Shown one piece after another: positions 26,800 through 40,563 of a stretch of 64,000 bases of DNA (position 1 is its first letter; the number at the start of each line of letters is the position of its first letter). The DNA is from Octopus sinensis (taxonomy: Eukaryota). The position numbers and the translations under genes were made by a program. The stretch lies in contig NC_043005.1 in the NCBI RefSeq assembly GCF_006345805.1, positions 61,132,001 through 61,196,000 on the forward strand. The letters are read 5' to 3'. The notes beneath the pieces are model-generated. The model was given only the letters and a program-made list of their open reading frames with translations, was not told where the DNA came from and did not search any database.

Positions 26800-27640
26800 T
26801 CTTGAGGTATTACTTTCGGCTCTTCACTTTCTGAATTCAAATTTCACCCAAGCTTGAATTAGCTATTCACCTTTCGATATCAAGAAACCTAAGCACATGG
26901 GTAGATATTTTCGACTAAACTTTTCAGCTCAAAATTGTATACTTGCGCCTATATCAAAGAGCGCTATCAAGGCAACAACCTAGCAGAGTTGTTTAGGCAA
27001 CAGAAAAAATATGCTTTGCAATACGTTCCTTAAAATTTGCTGGTCATATACCTAAATGAGATTTCATAATTATTATTTGAGGCAATGTGGCCACCTGGCA
27101 GAATCGTTAGCACGCAGGGCAAAATGCTTAACGGTATTCCCCCGTCTTTATGTTCTGAGTTCAAATTTCGCCGAAGTCGAGTTTGCCTTGCATCTTTTCG
27201 TGGTCGATAAATTAAGTACCAGATGCGTCAAGGCGGCGGGCTAGCAGAATCCATAGCACGCTGGACGGAATGCTTAACGGTATTTCGCCTGCCGCTACGT
27301 TCTGAGTTCAAATTCCACTGAGGTCGACTTTGCCGTTCATCCTTGACGGAGTTGATAAAATAAGTACCAGTGGAATACTGGATTCTATGTAACCGACTCA
27401 TCCCCTCCCCAAAATTCCTCCCTTCGTAATCATTATTATTGTATGGGCGTTGAACTGGCAGAACCATTTCAGCGTTGGAAAATGTATCTTGTAGCATTTG
27501 TGCGACTCATCCACTCTGTGTTCAAATCTCATCGAGGACAACATTGCCTTACATATAACCTGGGTCGATAAAGTACAGCCGCTAAAAATTACTGGCTTTG
27601 TTCCTGATTCAGAAAAGAGACCTATATCATACGCAAATTT
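26800..27640 (+). repeat. Head-to-tail SINE-A array; best copies at about 27078-27225 and 27230-27420
   Basis: Repeated GTTCTGAGTTCAAATT core with heads such as AAGGCGGCGGGCTAGCAGAATC. Confidence 0.75.
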
Positions 27641-29949
27641 CTACTATAATACCAGATATACATCCGTGATATTGAGGAGTCTGGAGTATTGTCTTTTGCT
27701 GAAAAAGTATTATTTTTGCAAACTAAATAAGTGTTGCCCATTTGTTTTAACTTTTATATTAGTTATTTTGTTGTGTCTGATTATATTTTCGTGTCTCGTA
27801 TGTTGTACAGAATATGTTCAGTGTGAGATATCTTGTCGATTTGTGTCTATGGTTCGTACGTGCTATGTGATTAATGTTTTGTATATTCATGTTACACGTC
27901 TTAGGAAGGCGTGAATTTTGTTTTTCTTCTTTTTATATTTTAAATTCATGTTTGTAATTGGTATTCTGTATTCTTTGAAAGAGACAAAATCTTTGCTGGA
28001 AATATTCTGTAGACGGTTTTCTCCTTTCTTCATAAAAAAATATGATGAAGAAAATAATTTTATAAGGAAAATAATTTTATTTGCTGTATTTGCCATTTTT
28101 ATTTTAATTTAGAATTATTCTTTCTAGAATCACAGACAATCTGTTTCGGAGATTTCACTCCTCTACAATCTGATAAGCTGTAGAAAACCAAACAAAAAAA
28201 ATACAAAATTTTCTTGAAATATGTTTGGAAAAAAACCTTATATTCAGTTTTACTCTTTGGGTAAAAAAAGGTAATAATAAAATCATTTGGAATCGTTTAC
28301 ACATTTAAACACTTAAAAAAAATTGGTAAAATTCTTTCTAAAAATTTTGTATTTATCCATACTATCATCAATGTTTGTAACAATACAGACGATAAATATT
28401 GAATTGAGATAAAACCTTTTCAAATTCATATTTATTTGATAACAAAACTGATACAGGATGCAAAAATATAGTTTTGGTTTGTTTTTTAAATTTTGATGAC
28501 AAAAATTTGGAAGCGTGTATATCCTTTTCTCGAACATGCTGTTTTTCTCCTTTGCAAAGAAAAAGATCACCATAGGAAACTGACTGTACAAAGAAATCTA
28601 TAAAAACAAATAATTGTGTCTATTACAAATCATTCGCCAATCCATAGAAATGATCATTTTTGTGGAAAATGTAGTCTTCATCCATGTCATACCCTATATA
28701 AGCACTATCCGTTCGAATGTTTCGCATAGCTTTTTTAACCATATATACGAATCGTCTTCATTGAAATCTTCACAAACGTTAGATGTACACTGAGGATAAC
28801 CGAGCTAGGTGTCTAACTAGCAGCTTTTAGGTTGAAGAACATGTTTATAACACAAAGACTAATTATCAAACCAACAAAATTCCTCAGAAGACTGTGAAAG
28901 TCTTAAAGATGTATCACCTATTATCTCCTAGCAGTGTTCTGACATAGAGCCACACATTATAAAACCTGACATACCTACAAAAAAATCAAATTTGTTTCCT
29001 CATAACTTTCAGAAAAATGGGTATTCCTTAAAGACATTTTCTACAAATACCATTCAGACGGTGCAGATTCTGATTATACTGGGATTTGCTACGAAACCTT
29101 TTTCGCAGGGGAGAGAGAGAAAAGTGTCGGGTAATTCACAGGAATCGATTTTTTTCCTCTTAACTTTCAAAAAGTAATGGCTATTTTAAAGATATTTTCT
29201 GCAAATACCATTTAAATAGAACTTGAAATTTCGAAATAATTATGTCATATGTGTCAACATGCGCACCCATCAAATTGATTCTTCAATTAAATTCCGATAT
29301 AGTCGTAATATTCACCAGCTGAAAGACATTTCTAAAAACTGTGGCCAACAATATGTCCAGCTTTTCTGAAAGTTACTAGGAAACAACTTGTTTAGGTATG
29401 CCCAAAACATTAATACTTTCCTAAAAATTTGTGAAACAAGTTATCTTCCACAGGAAAATCAATATGGGCAAACAGACTTTAAAACTATTTTGGTGTCGTA
29501 CAGTTTCTTAAATATGGTGCAACGAATATGTAAGCCCTACAGTATTATCGTCCTGAGTGTTGTATTCTCACGTATGACCATGTCTCTGTACAACCTCAAT
29601 AGAAGCAGATTTATTTCATATCAGTTTTAAATTATCCCATACCAAATGTTGCTTCTCATTGAAAAATGAAGTGGAAAAATACGTTAACCCGTCACGCTAT
29701 ATCCAGAAAACATCCGAGTATATTTTGGCAAGTACAAATGATGGATGTATAAATAATCAATGTTCATCGGATACCCTGAATGTAAATACTCTTTTCGGGT
29801 AATACCGGTTACCTCAAATTTCCATTCCGTAGGCTCTCGTGTACACTGGATATTTTGTGTCCCAACATTTTTAAATATCTTTCAGACTTCCATTTCTTAC
29901 GTTATGTAAATGTTAGCTGTTTGGTCATACGATATCTATCTATCTATAT

Positions 29950-29993
<44 letters not shown>

Positions 29994-30341
29994 ATATATA
30001 TATATCTCCTATCGATCAATCTATCAGCATATATATATATATATATGAATGAAAAATATATGAACATATATGTATGTATGCATGCATGTAATACTTCACC
30101 TCTAACAATTTAGAAGATAAACATACAACCCAAATCTTAATCTTATTACGACCCAGTATTTAGAGCCCTACCTACCACAACATGTCATGTTCTACTTTCA
30201 CCATCGGTATAAATATTGATTTTGCTTCATTGAAATCATCACCTGTCTTTAATGGGTTGATATACTGTGATTCTGTATCAATCTGATGTCTCTTATGTTT
30301 AATATTTACATTATAAACACAGACATGATTCTATGCAAAAG

Positions 30342-30712
30342 TGCAGGGATGGCTGTGTGGTAAGAGGTTTGCTTCGAAGCTACATGTTTTCAGGTTCAGT
30401 TCTACTACATGCCACCTGTTGCGAGTGTCTACTGCCATAGTCTCAGGCCGAACAAAACTTGCAGGCAGATTTCGTAGATGAAAACTGGAAAAAAGTCTCG
30501 TCATATATGTGTGTGTATGTGTATATCTATGCGTGTGTGCCTTAGTTTGTGCACGTCGCCATATATTGAGCAGCTCGGTAAAAAGGGGCTGATAGATTAA
30601 GTACCATATTTTTTTTTTAAATGGGGGATAGATTTCCTCGATTATTCACTTCATCACGTTGTATCAACACGGCCACAGGTCATTGACTAGAACGAGTAAA
30701 ATGCAGTGCAAA
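30342..30712 (+). mobile_element. Decayed SINE-B
   Basis: Head GGCTGTGTGGTAAGAGGTTTGCTTC, internal microsatellite and decayed tail. Confidence 0.6.
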
Positions 30713-31420
30713 AAATATCAGTTAATTTATAATTCGTTAATTTCTATTGTGAATACACATTTGCGTTGAGCATGAATTAACATGTAAACAACGTTGAGTA
30801 CCACTTGATAGCACAGACTAATTCAGTTGTAATGAGAAAGATCTTTATATAAGAAAACATTGAATTGCCGAAAGGATCTACCCATCGAAGACAAAATCTT
30901 TGAATGTTATAGAAAATTACATTCTGTAACTCATTCAAGGTTTGCAAACTTTGACTGTCCAACGTACATAACTACCACCATTCGAAGTCTTTACCAAAAA
31001 TAAAATAAAATAAATGGATACTGAGATCTAATTGCATTTATAAATAACTACATAGAAATAGTAAAAGATACATAAATACTAAATATACGTAAATATCTAT
31101 AAGGTAGGTAATATTTCAAAATTTACTTCAAAGCGGAAAGTGAGAATAGATAAAAGTTGAGTAATTGTATTACAGTGTGCTATGTTATTTCAAGTATTTC
31201 ATTTTCTTATTATTCATCTAATATTAACCAAAAAATAAATTTATTGACGACAACACAACGAGCAAAGATATTTCAATTTTCACACCGGAATTATCTTTTA
31301 GCACGAATTGGTGAAAATTTTGGTAAAAAGTCAGTGAAGCTTAAACATTTAAATGGAACAGAATATCTATACATTTATCTACATTTGTGTATGAACATAT
31401 GTATTGACATACCTATGTGC

Positions 31421-31462
<42 letters not shown>

Positions 31463-31801
31463 CAATTAGATGGCTGTCATAATAAAACTCGGAGTTTCGG
31501 ATTGATGTGTGTGCGTGCATGTATGTATGTGTTTATATGTGTGCATATGCAGATACTATGAAGTGTTACTTTCACCATGACTACTGCAATAATTTCCCTT
31601 TATTTAATGGTTTTGTCTTAGAGTTTTGTCTTAATAACTGATGAGATACCGGAGCAGCTTTCAGCCCTGAGATCCGAAACTCTGAGTTTTATTATGACAA
31701 CCGACTAATTGTCGCATACTATATATATAGATAACTTCCTCTATTTTACATAATATCGAGGTCTCATTCATTCTTTTCTTGTCATACTATTATTATTATT
31801 A

Positions 31802-31845
<44 letters not shown>

Positions 31846-32099
31846 ATGTAATGTGTGTGTATGTGTGTGTGTGCGTGTGTGCATGTGTGTGTTCACACAC
31901 AAACAGAGAAAGCGAAGTAGATACACATTATGTGCATGGATACGTTTGCGTTACATACAAGTTATCGTTCAAGAGAGAAACAAGATCACAGTAAAACAAA
32001 GTGTCTATGTTGTGCAAATGTACAAATAGAAAATATTATCTGCTTAAGCTGGTGTGTGGTAAAAACTTTGTTTCCAATAACATGGTTTTGGACTTACAT

Positions 32100-32258
32100 T
32101 TCGAGCAAGTGACTCTTGCTATAGCCTCGGCCGACCAAACCATGAAGAATTGATTTAGTAGACGGAAAGTGAAAAATGCTCGTCGTATACATGTACATAC
32201 ATACGCACATACATATGTGCATGTGTATGTGTGTATGGATGTAAAGATGTATATTTAC

Positions 32259-32308
<50 letters not shown>

Positions 32309-32981
32309 ATATGTAAGTATATATGTAAATATATATGTAATATATGTGTGTAAATAAAATAAATAAATGCGCCCTTTTAAAGCCTAGCCTGGCTCATGGG
32401 CCCGGTTTCCCGGTTTCAATGGCGTATGTTTTCCCCAACTGGATGGGACGCCAGTCCATCGCAGCGTTACTCATTTTTGCCAGCTGAGTGGACTGGAGCA
32501 ACGTGAAATGAAGTGTTTTGCTCAAGAACACAACGCATCGCCCGGTCCAGGAATCGAAACCACAATGGACCATGGTACTGACACCCTAACCAATAAGCCA
32601 CACTCCTCCACATTATATATATATATATATATTATATATATATGTGTGTGTGGTGTGTGTGTGTGTGTGTGTATGTATATGTAAGTATATATGTAAATAT
32701 ATATGTAATATATGTGTGTAAATAAAATAAATAAATGCGCCCTTTTAAAGCCTAGCCTGGCTCATGGGCCCGGTTTCCCGGTTTCAATGGCGTATGTTTT
32801 CCCCAACTGGATGGGACGCCAGTCCATCGCAGCGTTACTCATTTTTGCCAGCTGAGTGGACTGGAGCAACGTGAAATGAAGTGTTTTGCTCAAGAACACA
32901 ACGCATCGCCCGGTCCAGGAATCGAAACCACAATGGACCATGGTGCTGACACCCTAACCAATAAGCCACACTCCTCCACAT

Positions 32982-33038
<57 letters not shown>

Positions 33039-33260
33039 TATGTAAATGTATGTATCTAATGTGCGTAGGGTGGTGTTTGTGCATGTCTTAGTCTCCCACC
33101 ACCGCTGCTTTGCTTACGATCCGTCAAATAGCAGCTGAACCGACATATCAAGTACCAAACGTTAGTAAATAAGTGTTTGGATTTTTTGTTGGGCTGTACG
33201 CTTCAAGGCGATGCCCCAACATGGCTGCATTCCAATGACTGAAACAGGTAAAATCAAAAA
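32100..33260 (+). mobile_element. SINE-B whose internal microsatellite contains two tandem minus-strand CORE+Meta-like SINEs
   Basis: CORE-like part 32100-32190, tail 33205-33255; inserted SINE at about 32365-32600 and 32733-32968. Confidence 0.7.
32275..33010. repeat. Tandem duplication, period 368 bp
   Basis: GCCCTTTTAA at 32371 and 32739; one substitution noticed in the SINE part (GGTACTGAC vs GGTGCTGAC). Confidence 0.9.
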
Positions 33261-34225
33261 ATGAAGAAGCATATTATTACATGCCTACAATAGGCCGTAG
33301 TTCTATTATTAATCAGTGAAATACAGTCGATTAATTTGTTCATGCAGTCCGCGCGGACTGCATAAATACGATTATAGTGCGACGCATTGTTTGGAAATAA
33401 ACAAACTTGCCCCTACCGCGGAAGGTATAACGAGTTTGAAATGTATTTTCGAGTCTGGCAGTGGGCGCTACTAAACTGATAAGTGTACATTTACATGTTT
33501 TCCATAAGTCAGAAGGTTTTCTCCATGTTAAACTGCAGAGAAATTGCCTTTAGAAGTTAAAATGTGTCACAAACCTATTTCAGTTAAGCTAAAGTTTATT
33601 TTCCAACACTGTTTCGTGATCCTACTTACGTATTTATTCATACCAGATGGTATACGAGGTCAAGCCAGTCACTACTATTGACTGGTTCATTATCATACTA
33701 CGGCTTACTGTCAGCTCAGAGCTGCCACTTTTTGATATTCCCTATTGAGGGAGGCACAGCAAGCCAGAAATGAATCTGAGGGTTCAATATTGGGCGCCAT
33801 TGAGTGATGATAGTGTAGCTACACCTTTTACAATATGCGAGAATTATTCAAATGTCAGTGAAACTGACTTTAGAATTAAAAACATGTTAAAAACATATTT
33901 GAAGTAACCTTAAGTTTGTGTGTTTAAATTAAGGATGAACATAAAATATTGACCAAAATGAAATAATACTATGAAGATATAAAATGTATACATTAGCAGA
34001 CGTCCAAATTGTCAATTTTGGAGTTATTTTCTTCAGAGAGTATTTCCATTACTGTGAGGTACATTGATATATATCTTGTGACTGTTCTTTGATATTGTCA
34101 TATTTAAATTGTTAGTTTGCCTAAGTTGGAAAATAGCACATGAATATATGAGAATCTAATATCAGTATATAGATATATATGGGGAAATTCTTTTGAATCA
34201 AAAGGCTTTTAGATCTCTCTCTCTC

Positions 34226-34311
<86 letters not shown>

Positions 34312-37082
34312 ATATATATATATGTATGTATATATATATATATACATATATATACATATGTGTGTTCTTTCTAAAGCTGAAAGAACGGAAATAATTGTAG
34401 TCAATCACAAATTCATACGTCGTTTACATTGGTGTTTGAACCTGATCTTTGAAAATTATTTTCTTAGATCTCTTTGCCAGTGCGAGTTTGCAGACTGATA
34501 CTGAGACATCTAATGACTGAAATATATAGGTTTTCAGTATGAAATCATTTCATTTTTAAGGCAATTCAGTGCAGTAACGTCTGCATAAGAAACATGAAAT
34601 ATGTTTGTCTGCTGTCAACTATATATTTTATGGAGAGGAAACCGATACAAAATGTTGTATTGTCTTATTTTAGATTTCATATTTCGTGAAATCTTTTCAA
34701 ACCGAACATCTGCCAGTTCTTATGAGACCTTGGTTGATGTGTGTAACCTATGCGTCACTGATATATCCGAAACCGCTTCAGAATTTTCGCTATTCCAGCT
34801 AAAGTTTTGGTGAATTAAAATTAGGATGTTGTTAGCAGAAATACCTGCTTCTGCGAATACATTTTATGATTTTGTCAGAATCCATTCAAAGAAGTTAAAC
34901 ATCTGCAGAAATAGCTGTCATATCTTTCCAAAACCATATCAACCTGCGAAAAGAAGATATCACAAGTCAATATATTCTGAAAATATAAAACGAACGAGAC
35001 AAATACGAGTGTAATTCCATTGATCGCTGGTCAACTCGATTATTGTTGACCTGGTGCTGGTTAAGACTAGAGTGGCACGTATAGTGCAATATGTATCTTA
35101 AATACTTCTTAGAATTAACCATAATTAAAAAAAGGAATATGTCAACCTTAGTAGGTCTATCTTGACATGGTAACCTTTCCCGGGAAAATTTCAAGATTAA
35201 ATTATTTTCCTGCTTTCCTCAATTGTTTCTCTCCGTTTTTCAAATAGTTCCCATCATGAATCACACGAGACAGCTGTTCCTTATTTAGAAAGCGCTTGCA
35301 ATAAAACTGTCAAATGTATTACATTAATGTGCATTAATGTGCTTTAGTAGCCATAACCTCAGCCAATCATAGTGATTCTCTTCTTAAGTATCTGTCATCT
35401 GGTGGAGATTACCTCCGACAATATTATAATATTTACAATAGCTTCTGCTCCGCTGAAATTAAAGGTTAAGGTCAATGCTTCCATATGGAGTAATGTAATA
35501 TATCACAATTGCATGAATTCTGTTAGATCTAACCATTAGGAGGTGTTGAAAATGATCAATTGAAATTATATCTTCATTAAATATTTATGATATTGATTCT
35601 CTTTGAATTTAGCATGAGAGAGCAGACAATTAAATTTAGTTCTATATATGTGTAGTTCGCTCTTGGTCTGTTCACCCTGGAGTGGTGGAGCATCAGTGAT
35701 GATACCGGGTAAAGTTACTGTTAATGAACGAAACTAAATTCCTGTTAAAGAATTTAGTCTAACACTTTACTGTATCTTAAATTGTTTTAACATTAAAAAA
35801 TAGCATTGTTGCGTCGGTTGTCATTTAAAATATGGCAATATGATTTGTTGTCAACTGAACTGGGAGCAGTATATTGCCGCTCTATAAGTTATGGAACTTT
35901 GATACGAAGCACTATTTCAGCCCAAGTGGTATTAAACCCGAGAACATAACCTGTCTGATCATAATAACTTAGTTAAATATCATGAAACTGTTCTGTAAAT
36001 TGCTAAGTTAATCATGATAAACTAACAAAGGTAGAACTTACTTATAGACAATGAATCTCAGCTTAACGTCATGGTACATTTTGTTATAGGATTGAAGCAA
36101 AGCCAAACTTAAATTAACTTACAGATTTAGAAGTTCACATTTGGACAGGTAGGCAAAATTTCATTTCTACAACTTCAAATATTATTGCAAAGGCAACGAC
36201 TTTGTTGATAAACTCTTCCCTGCCCTTAATTCCTTATTCATCGCCGTCACGTATCCTTAACGAAACATATTGGTATTTCTACTACAATTTAGCCTTGATT
36301 TCTTTCGTAATTTAGGAAATACTCAAGCAAACGATTACGACACATCCACACGCATAGTTAATAGGGTGATTGTAGTGAGTGAGCTCTGTGAATTTGTTAA
36401 TGATCTGGTTTTATTAAAATTCTCTGAACTAACTATTGCGTGTTGGTTAAAGATCAGCGGGTTGGCAAATTATCATTTCTTATTAGAATCACCTTCGGAT
36501 CAATGGATCTACATGTAATTTGGGAGATGAGTGATAGCTTGTTCACCTTGCGATACAAAAGCAACTATTAATCTTCTAATGGACTTCTTCAATGTGGTAT
36601 TGTTCTAGTTAATTTCTCCCAGATCAATTGGGACTGATTAGTTCTTACACGGGAAGCATTACAACCATAGCTACCTCTCGTTTATGATCGATCATATTGT
36701 TTCAAGGATTATATTATCCATGCGATCGTATTTCTTAAGATATTAGGATGAAAATTCAATTGTAATTAACTGATATTTCAAAGTTTATTTGCAATCACCT
36801 AGCGGTTCCCTGAACTTGTTATTGTGACTGATAAATTTCTACCAATTAAGTTGTTTTACTCTTTTTGGTCTTTCGTAGATGACATGCCTTGGATGCTGGA
36901 AGTGCTGCAATAATTTTACATCGAACATGTGACAGAGAGTAAATACACCAAAGTGGGCAACGTTAATACAATAAGTGGACGAAAATTGGGTATTGCTTAT
37001 AATAGCTTAAAGAGGTGGAAATCTATTACGAGGGTTACAGCGTGTTACCGCTTGTTCATTTGTGATTAATAAATAGGGCAGG

Positions 37083-37145
<63 letters not shown>

Positions 37146-37660
37146 TGTATGTATGTATGTATACATATAGAGTTTAGATTTGTATTGCAACAATAATAAA
37201 GGTGAAGATAATGGTGATAATGATAATTGAAATGCAAAAGTCCACGGGAAATGTTGTTTACAAAATTTCTAAATGTAGCCAAGTAATTACTGCATTAGCT
37301 AGTGTCAAAATACAGGTTTCTTGACATGTTCAACAAACCGTGACGCCTAAACCAAAGACCATTCAACTTAAATAATTTAGTGAAGCCACGCACTGATAGA
37401 TCAGAATACTGTTTGCAAAACTTAACATTCTAGAACCTATAAAATGTATTAAGGCGCACATTTTAGCTATCTCATAACAGTTATAAGTGCCACCACTACT
37501 ATATGAAGCTGAAGATTGCATAGTGTAGTGCATGAAAGTACCAGTTCAATCGGAATAACGTTTAATATTCATTATTTCATCATTTCATTATATTATCCTA
37601 TATTATGTTAGTATAAAATTGAAAATAAAACGTAAATCAAAGTTGGAACTCCTTCGATTA

Positions 37661-37695
<35 letters not shown>

Positions 37696-37700
<5 letters not shown>

Positions 37701-38578
37701 TTGAGGGTAAAATTAATTAGTTATTAATCAATTTCACCAAGTAGTGTTCAGTATGTAAAAGGACCATTTAAGGCGTATTCAAAATATTACATTATATAAT
37801 TAGGGCTTAGTAAAATAAATTACTTTGCCACATACTGAAATTTTAGAAATAGCAGCCAACAGGTTTTTTAGCTGTTTCCACTACTTTAAGAAAAATTCTC
37901 CCAGATAATATTTAATCAAAAATAACTCACGAAGATATGGAGGTAAAAAAACAAAATATCACAAGTACAAAGATCATTTGAGAACGTCACGTTTCTAGAT
38001 TAGCCGTAATAAAACTCAACGCCTTAAATGGTCCTTTTACATACTGAACACTACTTGGTGAAATTGATTAATAACTAATTAATTTTACCCTCAATTATTG
38101 ATATTATAATTTCTTTCTCCCTGTTCTGTTACTACGGTTCTCACCGTTATGGTATGTTTGCTAGATGGCTCACGAAGGTGGAAGGGGAAAGAACATGAAT
38201 CTTCGCTTGTACAATTTGAATTTGCTAGTACTGGCAGTTTGAAGGTATTTGTCTGAGGTGATACATTGTCGGACGGGTATGTTCATTTTTTTAGTGCTTT
38301 CAAATCCAAAATTAAGAAATGTTGAGCTGGCGAAGGAAATGCTGAGTTTTATTTCGGCTAATCTAGAAACGTGACGTTCTCAAATGATCTTTGTACTTGT
38401 GATATTTTGCTGTTTTACCTCCATATCTTCGTGAGTTATTTTTGAGTAAACATTATCAGGGAGAATGTTTCTTAAAGTAGTGGAAATAGCTAAAAAACCT
38501 GTTGGCTGCTATTTCTAAAATTTCAGTATGTGGCAAGTAATTTATTTTACTAAGCCCTAATTATATAATGTAAAATTA
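37696..38578. mobile_element. (TA)n-flanked composite fold-back element (copy 1), PLE-derived by inference
   Basis: 81-bp perfect IR (37696-37776 / 38019-38099) and about 235-bp imperfect IR (37782-38017 / 38334-38578); peptide NNSRRYGGKTAKYHKYKDHLR weakly resembles PLE ORF N-termini. Confidence 0.7.
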
Positions 38579-38603
38579 TATATATATATATTATATATAT
38601 ATA

Positions 38604-39480
38604 AATAATTGAGGGTAAAATTAATTAGTTATTAATCAATTTCACCAAGTAGTGTTCAGTATGTAAAAGGACCATTTAAGGCGTATTCAAAATATTACAT
38701 TATATAATTAGGGCTTAGTAAAATAAATTACTTTGCCACATACTGAAATTTTAGAAATAGCAGCCAACAGGTTTTTTAGCTGTTTCCACTACTTTAAGAA
38801 AAATTCTCCCAGATAATATTTAATCAAAAATAACTCACGAAGATATGGAGGTAAAAAAACAAAATATCACAAGTACAAAGATCATTTGAGAACGTCACGT
38901 TTCTAGATTAGCCGTAATAAAACTCAACGCCTTAAATGGTCCTTTTACATACTGAACACTACTTGGTGAAATTGATTAATAACTAATTAATTTTACCCTC
39001 AATTATTGATATTATAATTTCTTTCTCCCTGTTCTGTTACTACGGTTCTCACCGTTATGGTATGTTTGCTAGATGGCTCACGAAGGTGGAAGGGGAAAGA
39101 ACATGAATCTTCGCTTGTACAATTTGAATTTGCTAGTACTGGCAGTTTGAAGGTATTTGTCTGAGGTGATACATTGTCGGACGGGTATGTTCATTTTTTT
39201 AGTGCTTTCAAATCCAAAATTAAGAAATGTTGAGCTGGCGAAGGAAATGCTGAGTTTTATTTCGGCTAATCTAGAAACGTGACGTTCTCAAATGATCTTT
39301 GTACTTGTGATATTTTGCTGTTTTACCTCCATATCTTCGTGAGTTATTTTTGAGTAAACATTATCAGGGAGAATGTTTCTTAAAGTAGTGGAAATAGCTA
39401 AAAAACCTGTTGGCTGCTATTTCTAAAATTTCAGTATGTGGCAAAGTAATTTATTTTACTAAGCCCTAATTATATAATGT

Positions 39481-39487
<7 letters not shown>
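38604..39487. repeat. Second tandem copy of the same element, period 908 bp
   Basis: TTGAGGGTAA at 37701 and 38609; only a 1-nt indel noticed outside the microsatellites. Confidence 0.9.
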
Positions 39488-39518
<31 letters not shown>

Positions 39519-40339
39519 GACAGGGAAAATCATCTTGTTAATGTCCTGCTGTTTGTATTTGTATACCATTTCTCCGTTTTTTTTTCTGTCCTTGCTTTCG
39601 TATACATTAGTGCGTCGAAATATTATATTTCGAAAAATTATATATGTATTGGAAAACCTTGGGTGTGCAATTCGTGCGATTTGTGGTTGCTGTTCATAAC
39701 ACCTCGAATAACCACATACTTCTTAAATCATTTTTGTATGCGACTTTGTGTCACACATATTGTCAGCGGGAAGATCTTGAATAAGTGAATCTACCGAGAG
39801 GTACCTATTTGTATATTCATCTCTTATTATTTTTCAACGACAAAATCGAATGTGGCGAATCTAGTTTTTTCATTTTTTTTTCTTTTTTTGGAAGAGACTC
39901 AAGCAAACATTTGAGAAATTATATTTGGAAAATAGGTCTTTGCTTTCCCTATTCATTTTTATTTCGTACAGACCTGGCAATGAACCATTTGATTTCCTCG
40001 ATATTCTCACAATATCTGATATTCCTTCACTTTTTCAGGTTCCTTATTTTTCTTACAACAATGATTGATAAATTACTTGTCAAATAAATTTTTGCCAAAG
40101 GCGTCTATATAGGTATTATGTATTATCAGGAGGGCAGTGTAGTACTTCACAATAAAGAAGATATACCTATACATACATGAATACACACACAAATATGTAC
40201 ATATGCATGTATATATATATATATATATATATACAAACACATACATATATGCGCGTATGTTATCAAACGTCAGTATATGTATAAAGGTTTATCTTACTAT
40301 ACGTATTTATTCATATATACACATACACAAGATATAAAT

Positions 40340-40392
<53 letters not shown>

Positions 40393-40485
40393 GTATGTAT
40401 GTATGTATTTTTTATTTAGTTAAATATATATAGATATATATACACACACAGTACACACATATTTATACATACCTACATGTATATA

Positions 40486-40563
<78 letters not shown>

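Noticed and set aside
28620-28810. Minus-strand protein-like frames joined by a homopolymer frameshift (YIWLKK-AMRNIRTDSAYIGYDM)
   Set aside because: No recognisable family, and it requires assuming an error.
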